Below, one piece after another: positions 11,247 to 23,781 of a DNA stretch of 64,000 nucleotides (positions are counted from its first letter, which is position 1; every line of letters starts with the position of its first letter). The DNA lies in assembly GCA_008632985.1 (NCBI GenBank), contig QPGO01000012.1, positions 124,001 through 188,000 on the forward strand, read 5' to 3'. This DNA comes from Psammoneis japonica. Lineage: Eukaryota. The notes beneath the pieces were generated by a model. That model did no database searches and was not told where the DNA came from. It saw nothing but the letters and a program-made list of their open reading frames with translations. A program made the translations under genes and the position numbers.

Positions 11247-13405
11247 CTAATCTATAGTATATACATACGCAGCTCCCGTCTGGTTGCCCTTTGCATGTGA
11301 CCCACTTTCGCCGACCCCAACTACGCGGCCGTCTGCAGACAAGGACACGGACCATCCAAATAAACCGTCTGGAGTATTACCAACCATATGTTCACCAACC
11401 TGACTCCATTCTGCGATGTCATCATCAAATTGATAGATCCCAACTCCACCAGCACCTGGTAAGTCATCAGTAACGTTAAACAAACGCTTTGCTACAGCCA
11501 TGACATTTCCGTCTGAGTTTAATGACACCGCATTCCCAAAGCGATCACCTGGCTGATCCGTGACAAGTGTTTGACCCCGTTGAGTCCATTTCGACGTCGC
11601 ACGGTCGTGCTCATAAACATACACTCTGCCTGTAATTATTTTGGTCCACCCTCCTCCAAGTTCACCCACCGCCATGACTAAGCCACTGTCATCAAGAGAA
11701 ACAGAGTATCCATACCGACCCTCCTTCAAATGCCCATTGATAGGATCACCCAAGAGTTCCCACAGTGACGATGCAGAGTTGTATTCGTACACAGAAACTT
11801 GGCCGGCATCCTGTTCATTGGAATCATGTTTTAGCGCCGAAATACCAACAATCGTACCCGAGCTGCTCAAGGAGACGGAATAACCAAGGCGATCTTTAGC
11901 AACTTGACCAATTATAGTCTGTCCAAGTTGTGTCCATGATGGTTTATCACGCTTGTATTGAAACAATCGTACAGAACCGGTGCCCTTGCCATTAATCGAT
12001 TTATCATATCGAGCTCCTACAGCAACAATGTCACCCACGTCCGAGAGAGAGACGGAGCAACCAAAATTCCCTAACGATTCTCTTTCAAGGTCGCTGCCAA
12101 GCTGAACCCACAGATCGGAGACAGTATTGTATTCATAAACTCGAACGTAACCCGATCGACTATTGTATGGTCCTCCCACAGCAAGTATCCTTCCGTCTCC
12201 GTTTAATGAGACAGCATGACCAAACTGGTCTTGACTGAATTCTCCCATTAAATCTTGACCTATCTGCGTCCAATTTTTCGTGGCCTCATTCCACCGAAAG
12301 ACGGAAACGTAGCCTGGTTCTTCGTGAGAAGCCACTTGGCTTCCTCCCACGGCCATGACACTCGCATCCCTTGACAACGAGATAGAGATACCAAATGAGT
12401 CAAACGGACCCGTTCCATTTAAAATTTGACCAAGCTGTTTCCATGCACCATTCTTTGGTAGAGGAACAAATGGAGCTGGTGGAGATGGCGTCGGAGAAGC
12501 CGTACTTGACGGATTCTGACTATTGCTGCCGTCATTGCTGGAAAATATTTCAACTGCAATCACAATGGTGCCAACCAACAACAGGACAATTCCCAATGCA
12601 ATTAAAGGTTTGCAGCGGCTTTTCGTTTTCCTAGCCTCATCATTTGCAACCTCTACATGAGCGTAAGGCATCTGTACTGACTGTCGAAGCCGAACGTTCT
12701 CCTCCTGTAGCTGAGCAACTAGCTCGTCGTCAGTTTGCTGCGCTGGTTGTGCTTCCAGAAGATCCGCGTCTCTATCAGGCCGGGTGGCGGGGGGTGATGA
12801 GGAATATGAATAAACAGTCAACAACTCATGAGAGAAAACGGAGATATCATCGTTTCCACGATGGCGTCGAACCGCTCCTTCACAGTTTACAGCGAAAGCA
12901 CCTGCAACGCGTGTACCATCCTGATCCTCGTCCTCCACTTCATTTTCGATGACCCTATGTTCCGTACGAACTTGACTTTCTTCTTCGTGTTTGACTGTAA
13001 ATGAAAGGTCTGGTGAGATTCGTCGACGATTAATCTCTTCCACTGTTCCTTCAGCCTCTACTTCTTCGACATGATGCGAGAGTGGATGCGTACGGCGTTG
13101 ACTTAGTGCACGAATCTTCCTCTTCGTCGTTGCCTTTGAACGGCTACGTCGATGCATGACATTAACTTCCCTCTTCTTCATTGTCTTCGCACGGTTGATA
13201 CGCTGAGGAAGTTCTTCAGTTGATTCTTCTTTCTGACAGACGATAACCCTGATTTCCTTTTTACTGCTTCAGCTTTTGCTGGTCGTTGCCGATAACGCCG
13301 TTTCTTCGTCACTTTAGACGTTGACACAGCTTCTTCGTCCGCGAATTCTTCTTCATTACTAAGACCACCCCAATCTAAACGGATATCTTTGTCATTGTAC
13401 GACAT
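11247..13405 (-). CDS. Single-pass membrane protein with C-terminal FG-GAP-like beta-propeller (paralogue A1)
   Basis: 644 aa ORF 11247-13181 with TM helix, Pro-rich stalk and about seven FGxSVSLSxDGxxxAVG repeats; upstream ORF 13178-13405 is probably joined via an indel or intron. Confidence 0.85.
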
Positions 13406-13612
13406 GGTGCGTACTTGTTGTCTTGAGAGGACACGAGAAGAACGGAGTGTGTCAGTGTGTGAAGATAGCTTTTTGAGGATTTTTGCGTGTCTTCCGTTCT
13501 GCAGGTTTTGAAATTTACGTGTTGTTTTTTGTCATGCACCGAATTACCTAGGAACCCTACTGTACTGTACCGTACGTAAAAAAGCGCGACCTCAAGACAT
13601 CATGAATACATT

Positions 13613-15529
13613 GTGTCCAAAATGTCAACCGAACCGAAAAGGCATTCGCGGCACTCGGCACTGGGTACTGGGTGCATTTTGCATTGTTGGATCTTTCACC
13701 TCTTTACGGCATGCACCGCTGTGCTACCTGATTCAGATTATCCAAGCAAATCATTGCGAAAGCTCTCATTTCAATGTGAATGTTGCGGTTGCAGTGGGGA
13801 GGATATGACGACTGAAGACATTCAGCGAAGGGTTTCAACAACCTTCGCAGGGGTTCTCCGTTCAGGTCAGGGGACGAGCGAAAACGGGAGTCTCATGTAC
13901 GAACATGAGGTTGGGACAGTTCGTTCCGATCCCTCACAACCGCCTCCTGGTTGTGTTGATGATGGCATGATCATTTTGGAAGCTCAACTAGCGGAATCCA
14001 CTGATGATGATTTAGTTACTCGTCTACAACAACAGAATACTTTTCTTCGGCAATCATTGTGTGTCACTCAAGCTGAAGTTTGTCGCGTCGCGGGACCGAT
14101 TCCCGATGTTCTAACGGCTGAAGAGGTGATGAACGATGATACGCATAAGGGGAAACACCGTCGCAAAAAACTAATCGTTGTGGGGCTTTCAATTTTAGTT
14201 GTTTCTGCAGTCGCGGTCATTGCTGTTGCATTGTCCTCGTCATCTAACAAGAACGGCCCAGCACCAACGACCAACTCTCCCTCGACAAAAAATCCAACAC
14301 CAAGGCCTCCGACGCTTCGTCCGACTCCGATCCCTATTCCTGTCATTCCTGGTAGCTGGGTATCAAATGGTCGAGTCTTACAAGGTAGAAGAATGAATGA
14401 TCTCTTTGGTACCGCCGTCTCTCTGTCACGCGACGCAAATGTCTTGGCGGTGGGGGCAACACAATTCAGCAATCCCGCTGGATATGTTTCAGTCTTTCAT
14501 CGATCGAATCAGAAAGTGCAGATGGGTCAAGATTTGATTGGTGAAGCTGCAGGTGACAATTTTGGCTGGTCGGTGTCGTTGAATGGCGATGGCATGATAC
14601 TAGCTGTTGGAACTAATCCGGAGGAGAGTGGTGGTAACAACAAACCTGGTTATGTTCGAGTGTTTGAATACAGTACCCTCACGGAGCGTTGGATACAGCT
14701 TGGTGGTGACATTGGTGGAGAAGATGTTGGTGATGGGTTCGGGCAGTCCGTTTCACTCTCTGAAGCTGGGGACATTCTCGCGGTAGGAGCCACTGGGGGG
14801 GACACGAACAATGGAAGCGATTCTGGATCGGTTCGGTTGTTTCAATACGGCAACGATACGTTGTCATGGAATCAGCTTGGGCAGGCACTGGTTGGCGAAG
14901 CGGCCGGTGATGCATTTGGTTGGTCAGTCTCCTTAAACAGAATGGGTACAATGGTGGGAATTGGGGCATACTCGAAACACTCGGTGCAAGGCATTGGTGG
15001 TCAAGTATCGGTGTATGAGTACAACGCTACTTCGTCCTTGTGGGAGCCGATAGGTGACCCGATTAACGGACCCGTTAGGTTTGGATATTCTGTTTCGCTG
15101 GATGACACTGGTTTGATCATGGCAGTAGGAGCAACTCGACAAAGAAATGAGAGGGTATTTGTTTATGAGCATGACCGTTCGACGTCAAAATGGACGCAAC
15201 GTGGTCAAACAATCGAAACTCATCATCAAGATGATCGCTTTGGCATTTCAGTATCATTGAGTGGAAATGGAAATGCGGTGGCGGTAGGATTAGATACACA
15301 TAGTGTCAACGGAGTAAAGTATGTGGGTCAAGTTGGAATATTCCAATACAACACAAGCACAAAGGTATGGAATCAGGTGGGAAATCGGATAAATGGCGAA
15401 TCTTATAATGGTCAATTTGGAATTTCTGTGGCTTTGTCAGCGAACGGAAGTGTCATCGGTGTTGGCGCACCAAAAACTGAAGGAACTGGAGTCAGGTCTG
15501 GATCTGCGTACGTTTTTGAGTTAAGTTAG
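13613..15529 (+). CDS. FG-GAP-like beta-propeller membrane protein (paralogue B1), divergent to A1
   Basis: 638 aa ORF with the same architecture; true start may be 13622 or 13805. Confidence 0.85.
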   Translation: MSKMSTEPKRHSRHSALGTGCILHCWIFHLFTACTAVLPDSDYPSKSLRKLSFQCECCGCSGEDMTTEDIQRRVSTTFAGVLRSGQGTSENGSLMYEHEVGTVRSDPSQPPPGCVDDGMIILEAQLAESTDDDLVTRLQQQNTFLRQSLCVTQAEVCRVAGPIPDVLTAEEVMNDDTHKGKHRRKKLIVVGLSILVVSAVAVIAVALSSSSNKNGPAPTTNSPSTKNPTPRPPTLRPTPIPIPVIPGSWVSNGRVLQGRRMNDLFGTAVSLSRDANVLAVGATQFSNPAGYVSVFHRSNQKVQMGQDLIGEAAGDNFGWSVSLNGDGMILAVGTNPEESGGNNKPGYVRVFEYSTLTERWIQLGGDIGGEDVGDGFGQSVSLSEAGDILAVGATGGDTNNGSDSGSVRLFQYGNDTLSWNQLGQALVGEAAGDAFGWSVSLNRMGTMVGIGAYSKHSVQGIGGQVSVYEYNATSSLWEPIGDPINGPVRFGYSVSLDDTGLIMAVGATRQRNERVFVYEHDRSTSKWTQRGQTIETHHQDDRFGISVSLSGNGNAVAVGLDTHSVNGVKYVGQVGIFQYNTSTKVWNQVGNRINGESYNGQFGISVALSANGSVIGVGAPKTEGTGVRSGSAYVFELS

Positions 15530-15548
15530 CTACAAGTTGTGAATCTTC

Positions 15549-17440
15549 TCTAGTCTATAGAATATACATACGCAGCTCCCGTCTTGTTGCCCTTTGCATG
15601 TGACCCACTTTCGCCGACCCCAACTACGCGTCCATTTGCGGACAAGGACACGGACCATCCAAATAAACCGTCTGGAGTATTACCAACCATATATTCACCA
15701 ACCTGACTCCATTCTGCGATGTCATCATCAAATTGATAGATCCCAACCCCCCAGCTCCTGGTATGTCAGTCACATTCAGCCAACGCCTTGCTAGAGCCAT
15801 TACATTTCCATCTGCATTCAATGACACCGCATTCCCAAAGCGATCTCCTGGCTGATCAGTCACGAGTGTTTGGCCTCGTTGCGTCCATTTCGACGTTGCG
15901 CGATCATGCTCATAAACATACACTCCGCCTTTTATTATTTTGGTGGTCCCTCCTCCTAATTCACCAACTGCCATGACTTAACCACTGTCGTCGAGAGAAA
16001 CAGAGTACCCATACCGACCATCCTTCACTCGTCCATTGATTGGTTCACCCAAGAGATCCCTGAGTGATGTTGCCGGATCGTATTCGTATACAGAGACTTG
16101 GCCTGACACCTGTTTACCAGCATTCAGAGCTGAAGCTCCAACAATCTTGCCTGAGCTACTCAAGGAGACCGAATATCCAAGGCGATCTTTTGCAACTTGA
16201 CCATTTATTGTCTGTCCAAGTTGTGTCCATATCGACTCATCACGGTTGTATTGAAACATTCGAACAGAACCTGTACCTTTGCCATTGCTTGTCTTTTCAA
16301 ATCGAGTTCCGACGGCAACAATGTCTCCGACATCCGAGAGAGACACGGAGTAACCAAAGCCACTTGAGGAATCTCTCTCAAGGTCGCTTCCCAACTGGAT
16401 CCACCGATCGGTGAAAGTATCATATTCATAAACTCGAACATGTCCCGAATCACTATTTTGCGGTGCCCCCACAGCGAGTATCATCCCGTTATAGCTTAAT
16501 GACACAGTGTGACCAAACTGATCTTGACTGGATTCTCCAACTAAATCTTGACCCATGGGCAACCACTCCCTTGTGGCTTCATTCCAACGAAACACGGAAA
16601 CGTAGCCTGGTGCTTCGTCAGAAGCCGCCTGGCTGCCTCCAACGGCTATGACACTCGCATCTCGTGACAGTGAGATAGAAGTGCCGAATAATCCAAACGG
16701 TCCCTTTCCGTTCACAACTGGTCCAAGCTGTTGCCATGGACGGTTCTTTGGTAGAGGAACATATGGAGCAGGTGGTGATGGCGTCGGAGAAACCGTACTA
16801 GCCGGATTCTGATTGTTGCCGCTGTCGCTATTGGACAACATGTCAACTGCAATAACAATTGCACCAACTATTAAGAGTACAATTCCGAATGCAATCCAAA
16901 GTCTGCAGCGGCTTTTCGTTTTTCTATCCTCATCATTTGCAACCTCCACATGAGCGTAAGGCATTCGTACAGACTGTCGAAGCCGGACATTCTCCTCCCG
17001 TAGATGAGCAACTAGCTCGTCATCCGATGGCTGTGCTGGTTGTGCTTCCAGAAGATCGACGTTTCTATCGGCACGGGAATGGAGTGGCGGCGTGGAATCC
17101 GAATGAACAGTTACCAACTCATGAGAGAAAACGGAGATGTCATCGTTTCCGCGCTGGAATCGAACCTCTCCTTCACGACTCACAGCGAAAGCACCAGCAA
17201 CCCGTGTATCACCCTGATCCTCTTCCTCCTCTTCATTTTCGATGACGATATGTTCAGTACGAACGTGGCTTTCTCCTTCTTCTTCTTGTTTGATTGTAAA
17301 CGAAAAGTCTGATGACATTTGTCGACGAAGAATCTCTTCCACTGTTTCTTCAACCTCTTCTTCTTTTTCTTCGACATGTTGCAACAGTGGATGTGTACGG
17401 CGTTTATTCATCGCACGAATCTTCCTCTTCGTAGTTGACT
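15549..17440 (-). pseudogene. FG-GAP propeller paralogue A2; premature stop at ~15978, frameshift at ~15750, 5' end deleted
   Basis: Colinear with 11247-13140; GGC TTA has become GGT TAA. Confidence 0.8.
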
Positions 17441-18149
17441 TCGAGAGACCTGGTTATGTTCGAGTATTTGAATACAGTACCCTCACGGAAGATTGGGTTC
17501 AACTTGGCACTGACATTGCCGGAGAAGATGATGGTGATGGCTTCGGGCAGTCCGTTTCTCTGTCAGATGCTGGTGACATTCTCGCGGTAGGAGCCACTGG
17601 GGTTGACACGAGCAATGGAAACGATTCTGGATCGGTTCGATTGTTTCAATACGACCGAGTCACATCATCATGGATCCAGCTTGGACAGACTCTGATTGGC
17701 AAATCTGATGAGGATGCGTTTGGCTGGTCTGTCTCCCTGAACAGAGCGGGTACGGTGGTCGGAATCGGGGCGTACTTGAGACGCGATAGCCAAGTATCTG
17801 TCTATGAATTCAATGCTGCATTGAAGGCGTGGGAACCAGTGGGTGACCCTCTTTCCGGAAGAGATGACTTTGGGATCTCTGTTTCTCTAGATGACACTGG
17901 TTTAATCATAGCAGTAGAAGCAAGTCGAAGGGATGAGAGGGTGTTGGTTTATGAATACGACCGTTCGACAATGAAGTGGACGCAGCGCGGTCAACCAATT
18001 GTGACGAATCAGCTTGACGATCAATTCGGTAAGTCGGTGTCATTGAGCGGAAGAGGAAATGTCGTGGCAATTGGAAGCGAGAGACACAATATTAACGGCT
18101 TTAAAAACGTGGGTCAAGTTGGAATCTTTCAATACGACACAAGCACACG

Positions 18150-21100
18150 TGTTTAAATACTCAAAAGCAGATCAGTAGCGGTAGCTAGTGATGACTAGTA
18201 AGTATTGGGGCGATCAAATAGGCGTTACAATAACAGCTGTAGTAAAATTGTGAGGATGTGAGAGGCTCCTCGTCTCTCATTTAAGACTGATGTTTATGAG
18301 TCATTTTTGGGACAGTGAGTCATAATGTAATGACGTATGAAGTATGATATCTTCACACTCCCTCTCATTTTGATCTCATGCATCTCGAAAATGAAGGTTT
18401 GACGCACTTTGCGCGCGAATCCACTTTTAAAGTATTCCAAACACCTACCAACCCATTACTTTCGGTCGTAACCAAAGCAGAACGTCCAGATTGACCGCTT
18501 TAGTTAGAAAATCGGCCAATTGTGCAGTAGTGTCGATAGAGTGGATTGAGATCTCCTTTCGACTGACACAGTCACGGAAATGGTGCAGCTTCACGTTGAG
18601 GTGCTTGGCACGCGGTCTGTACTTATGTACCTTCGCCATTTCCAGCGCGCCGCTGTTGTCCTCAAAAACTTTGCAGTGCATCTTCGCCGTCGTCGAGTTG
18701 ATTGGACACCCTCGCGACTTCAGTTCCTTCAACATTTCCATCATAGGGATGGCCTCTCGCAAGGCATGCGACAATCCGGTGTGTTCACTTTCGGCACTGG
18801 ACAACGCTGTTTCAGTCTGCAGCTGAGACTTCCAAAGGATCGGACAACCAGCGCAAGTGATGAGATGCCCGTGACGGGATCTTGCGGTGTCTCTGTCGCT
18901 CGCAGCTTCCTTTCGATCCCAATTGCCACTGAAGTCGGCGTCTACGTACACCTCCAAATCCTTTTTGGAATCTGGTTTCAGAATTGCACCTTTGTCTCTC
19001 GTGGCGTGCAGATGTCTGCCTGGCCACCGCATGGCCTCGCCATGTTCTACCTTCGGGTCCGCAGTGAATCTCGCGCACTGGTGCGCAATGCACGCGATGT
19101 CGCTTCGGGTGCATTTCTCCAAGCAATTCAGCTTGCCGATGATCGACCTGCAATTGAAGGAATTGTCAAATGGTCTTGAGTCTGAATGCCTGGATGGGAG
19201 CTTGGACGAAGCTGCAGGTGTGTCTTTTCCGATGACACTCGGTTTGTCAAGTCGCAAGTCTTTCAGAATCTGGTCGATCAGGTGGGGTTGTGTCAGGTGT
19301 GTCATTCCATCCAACTTTCTGGTGATGTTCATGCCAAGGAAATCTTGAATGTCGCCTTCCACCGTGACATCTAACTTTGCTTGCTTGATTTCCTCTATGA
19401 TCTTGTTGATCTCGGATTCATCAGGGCCTGCGAGCAAAGAATCATCCGCGCAGAGAAGGCAAATCGTTTTTCCATGATAAAACACACACTCGTCGACCTT
19501 GGATTGCTCGAAACCCAGCTTGTTGACCAACTTGTCCACGAGATGCTTGCTCCAGACTCGCCCTGCCTGCTTCTGCCCGTGTGCACTCCGATGCAAGCGC
19601 AGAACATGATCCTTGGTGTTGGTGCCTTCGAGCTCAAATCCGGGCGGAATCTCCATGTAGAGATCCTTTTCGACCAGTGCTTGAGGAAAAGCGAGGACAC
19701 AATCCAGCTGCTTTGAATGCCACCCATGCACTCCCACTGAGGCAAGCAGCAGCTGCATTGAATTTCGTGATGCAACCGGCGCATGTGTCTCATCGTAGTC
19801 TTTTCCTTTTCTCATCCTCGAGCCGTCAATGTCAAGTCGCGCTTTCCACTTCTTCACCTTTCGGGTGTGCATGTCTCGCTTTCGCTTCATTTGCCACACT
19901 GCAGGTGGTGCTTTTCTGTCTTGTTTCACCTGTGATCTTGGAATGATGGAGCAGCCTTCCATTTTCCATTTGATCCTTCACCTCTTTTTGCATCGCCTTG
20001 AGGAACTCCTTGCGGTCCGGTTCTTTCATGGCTTGGTGCATGCACATGGTGTCAGGATCTGCTGATGCTTTGCAGGCAAGGAGGGGATTTGCGACTTCTT
20101 CTTGGAGGGCTTGCGAGTCTCGAGGATGCAGTGCGGCCAAGCACAGCAGTTCTCCTTCGACGCCTCCTTCAGTGTCTTTCTTGATCTCAGTCTCCATGGA
20201 CTCAATCAATCTGCTGACCGGTTGGCTCTTGCGCCCTGATCGTGTCACTTTTGGTTCAGCATGACCGTCTCGTGCTTGATCAGACTCGCCCTCATGTGGA
20301 GGTGCTTCTAGAGATTCAGTCCTTTTGGACGCGTTGGCCTTGTTGTCATTGGGCTCTCGGCGCATCTCTCGTTTGGACACCGATTGGCTGTCGGTTGCTG
20401 CAGTGTCGCCATCTTGTGGCCGTGTTAGTTGGTCAGCCCAACGAATGGTTCTTCGTTTCTTGCCTTGCTCCACTCCCTCTGAAGCTCGTGCGCGCTTCTT
20501 CTTGGGACGATCCGGAGCACTTGTGGGAGCCGTTTTGGTCTCGCCACTCTTCTTGGTTCCTTTTGTCTCCCTCTGAGCAACGAACCCGGCTTTTATTTGC
20601 CACAGAGAATCGCAAGTGTCTTGCTTCAGCGCATGGAATGATGGATCAAATTTTGCGTGGAACTGTGGACTTGCCAGTGCCGACTCTCGGTCGAGTGCCA
20701 GGGCCACGTTCTTGCCATGTTGTGGGCTTCGGCCTGAGTGTGTTCCAACCCTTGATCTGTCTTTCCATTTGTGGTGCGGCAGACCTGATTGCAATGCGGA
20801 GTCCAATGCGCACACTGGGCAACCAAATGGTTTCCAGTGCTTTGGATTGGTGGCAACTTTCGTGTTGGAAAACAGCTGGAGTGGGCTTGATCGGTCTTTG
20901 TGTTGGAGGTTGGGTGCATGATTGATGGCATCACAGGCCATGCGAATCGCGCAGGGTCATAAATTTGCCGCAATGCACTTCTTCCAGCGGCTGTTGGCAT
21001 GGATCAACATTGTTCGGGCGAGCTCTTGGAGCTCTCGGATCCGTCGCTCCGCCGTGCCATTTTGGTGATGAGCGCCTACGGCAGCGAACGTCAGTTGTTG

Positions 21101-23769
21101 CCCTTGTCTCCTGCACGCATGCACCCAGTCGTTGGCCTTGAATGTTCCGTTGTCAGCATGGTGAGCCTGTCACACCACAACTCTTTGCATGCAACTCGAA
21201 AGCTTGTTTTCCCTCCAACGTTTCAGCTGCCGTTGCTGTCTTTTGCAGATGAACGCAACCCAATTTGGAGCACTGGTCAACATGGACTGTGGCGTGCTTG
21301 CACCGTTTTGTGGTCAAGAAGCCCGTCATTTGTGCGATCAGACCCGGTGTCGGAGACACCAATTGATCCACTGAGACAATTTGGCCTGGTTTTGTTGGAG
21401 CTTCTATCTCGGCATTCGTCGTTCCGTGCCTTGTCGCGCCATTTTCTCTTGGTCGCCTTTGTGCACAGGCATGCCGAGCAAGCAGGTGCGTTGCACTTTG
21501 CGAGCCGTCTTGGCAGAATGCCCATCTTTGCCATCCATTGCAACTTTGTGAAGCTGATGTGCCCAAATTGTTGGCGGCACTTGAGGAGCAGCGCCGCATC
21601 CGTGTCTGGCTGTCTGTCTTCTTCATCTTCCACCACTCGTGGCGGTGGAGCAGTCGGTGCTCCCTCTGAGTTTGGGACGCTGTTCGTCACTCCCTCTGAG
21701 CTGCCACTGCTTGTTGGCCCATTTGCATCAAACGTTGCTCCCAGTGGGTGGACGCGCTGATCGGCAGCCAACCCTGACTCTTGCGCCACCTCCTGGGGTT
21801 CAGGTTGCCATTCCTTGGCAATGCTTTTTGCATCGCATTGGACATCCGTCTCTTCCTCGTCCTCGTCATCACTGATGACTGCTGCATCTTGTGTGAGGAC
21901 AGGATCGTCTGCTTCTTTCGCTGGATCGATGTCCGCGTCGGCGCAAAATGCTTCGAACTTCTGATGACCCGGTGCCAAGCGGAAGGTGGCTACGTTCGTA
22001 GTCTCGCTCAACGGCACAGTCAGTCGATGCTTTCGTTGGTTCCAGAACAGTGTGACCTCTTTCGAGTTTGTCTCTGATCCAGTTCCTTCGATCGGCTTGT
22101 TGTCTCTCAGTGCCTTTGCCCAGTGTTGGGGACTCAGCAGGCGGACCTTGCCATCAGGTGTGTGGAATGAGTTGGGGATTACGAACTTGTGTGTCTTTCC
22201 CTCATCGTCGCTCCATCTCCATGGCAGGGTGCCAACTTTCACACCTGTGGTTCGAGAGCCACCGAATCCCTTGATGGTTCTTCTTGTGTCTCTCAGCTCG
22301 CCAATGAAGTCTTCTGTTTGGTCGGATGTGCAACCTGCACATCTGTCATCCACTCCGACTGGCCCAGAATCGGTGTCAAACGTGACGGTGTGCTCTTTTA
22401 TGTGTTTCCCTTTGGCTTGCATGGCCACCATGGCTGGCGCCATAATCGAGCCCCATGTTCGCCTCTTCTGTCTGGGTTTCACCTTTGTTGCGGCACGTTG
22501 GATCTTGATTGTGTTTCTTCAACCACGTGGGCTTCCCGTCTTTCTGAGCACCTTGAGACGCATCGTGGTCTTTTCCCTTGTTTCCCGTCTTCTTGTGGGA
22601 TTTCTTGCTGAGGGCCTCCACTTGAGCTTGGAGAGCCAAGATCTTTTCTTCAGATGCACTGGGGGCATTCCATGGCGATTTCTGAAGCAGGTTCTTGCAC
22701 TTGTTGCCCGCAAGGTTCACAAGTTGCGACGCCGACATGTCCTCGCCCTCTTCACACTGTTCTTGCTTACGCTCGATGCACTTGACAAAAACTTTGTCGG
22801 AAGCAGCCAGGTGCCCCTTGAAGAGGTTCGCAAGTGGGTCCTCAGTGGTTTCGCCTCGTGACTTAAGGGCGGCAAGCAACAATGCCACGCACTGGTTGAA
22901 CTTCAAGATGTCGTGACCGATCGTTGGGAGACAGAGGTCGAGTTGACTCAATTTCGTTCGGATCGCACTCGTCGTGGCATTCGCATCGAGGTGGGATTCC
23001 CTGACAATGATCTTGAGAAGGAGATTTCCGGACATGCGATCTCCGATCTTGCACTCTGATTCCCAGATCCTCACTTTGTCCTTTCCGGCTTTCGACATGG
23101 AGCTCATCAGGCAGCGACACGCTAGATGGGTGTCTTGCGCTGCGCGACTCTCATTGCCGATGTAGGATTCTTCAAAGCCCCGGATCCTCTCCAGGTCTGT
23201 CTGACCACAGTCGGTCAACAGATTGGACCTCTCGGATTCCAGGATGTCTTCGTGGTCTTCTGGGATCATGAATGTTCCGTTCTCATCATTCCACCCAAAC
23301 TCTCTGGCTCTGTCTTCCAAGTTCTTGAGGAACTGGCACAGGTCTCCTGGTTCACAATCGAATGATTCCTCATCCAGCGGCTTGGCAGCTTGCTCAAAAA
23401 GCTTGCAACCCGCACTCGAACGACAATCGATGACCGTGGTGAACGCTTGTGCCGGAGCCAATGCAAGTGGGACATCTTCGGGAACATCTCCTGGCTCCGG
23501 TCCAGAAACGGACAAAGCCTCTGAAGAGGCATCAGACATGTCACTTAGCGCAGAGGAAGCGTGTTTAAATGCTCAAAAGCAGATCAGCAGCGGTGGCCAG
23601 TGATGACCAGCAAGCATTGGGGCGATCAAACAGGCATTGCAACAACAGCTGTAGTGAAATTGTGAGGATGTGAGAGGCTCCTCGTCTCTCATTTAAGACT
23701 GATGTTTGTGAGTCATTTTTGGGACAGTGAGTCACAATGTGATGACGCACGAAGCATGACATCTTCACA
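18150..23769 (-). mobile_element. Ty1/Copia (CoDi-like) LTR retrotransposon 2, full gag-PR-IN-RT-RNH order, frameshifted and hypermutated
   Basis: 208 bp LTRs TG...CA at 18150-18357 and 23562-23769; TSD CACACG; PPT GAGAGGGAG at 18358-18366; gag ATG at 23539; integrase (VSVDQLVSPTPG) and RT/RNH (VYVDADFSG, FEDNSGALEMA, QLADFLTK) motifs. Confidence 0.96.
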
Positions 23770-23781
23770 CACACGGGAATG

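Noticed and set aside
17242..18156. 304 aa ORF as a novel fusion gene
   Set aside because: Its first part is the antisense of paralogue A2 read through a deletion junction; it starts at a non-ATG codon and is truncated by the LTR.
18150..18357. Classical fungal RIP (CpA->TpA) acting on the left LTR
   Set aside because: Conserved Tyr codons in pol are lost and stops are depleted, so TA is ancestral and the change runs the other way.
18445..23539. ADAR/APOBEC-type editing during retrotransposition
   Set aside because: Changes occur on both strands, differ between the two LTRs of one element, and also affect DNA transposons.
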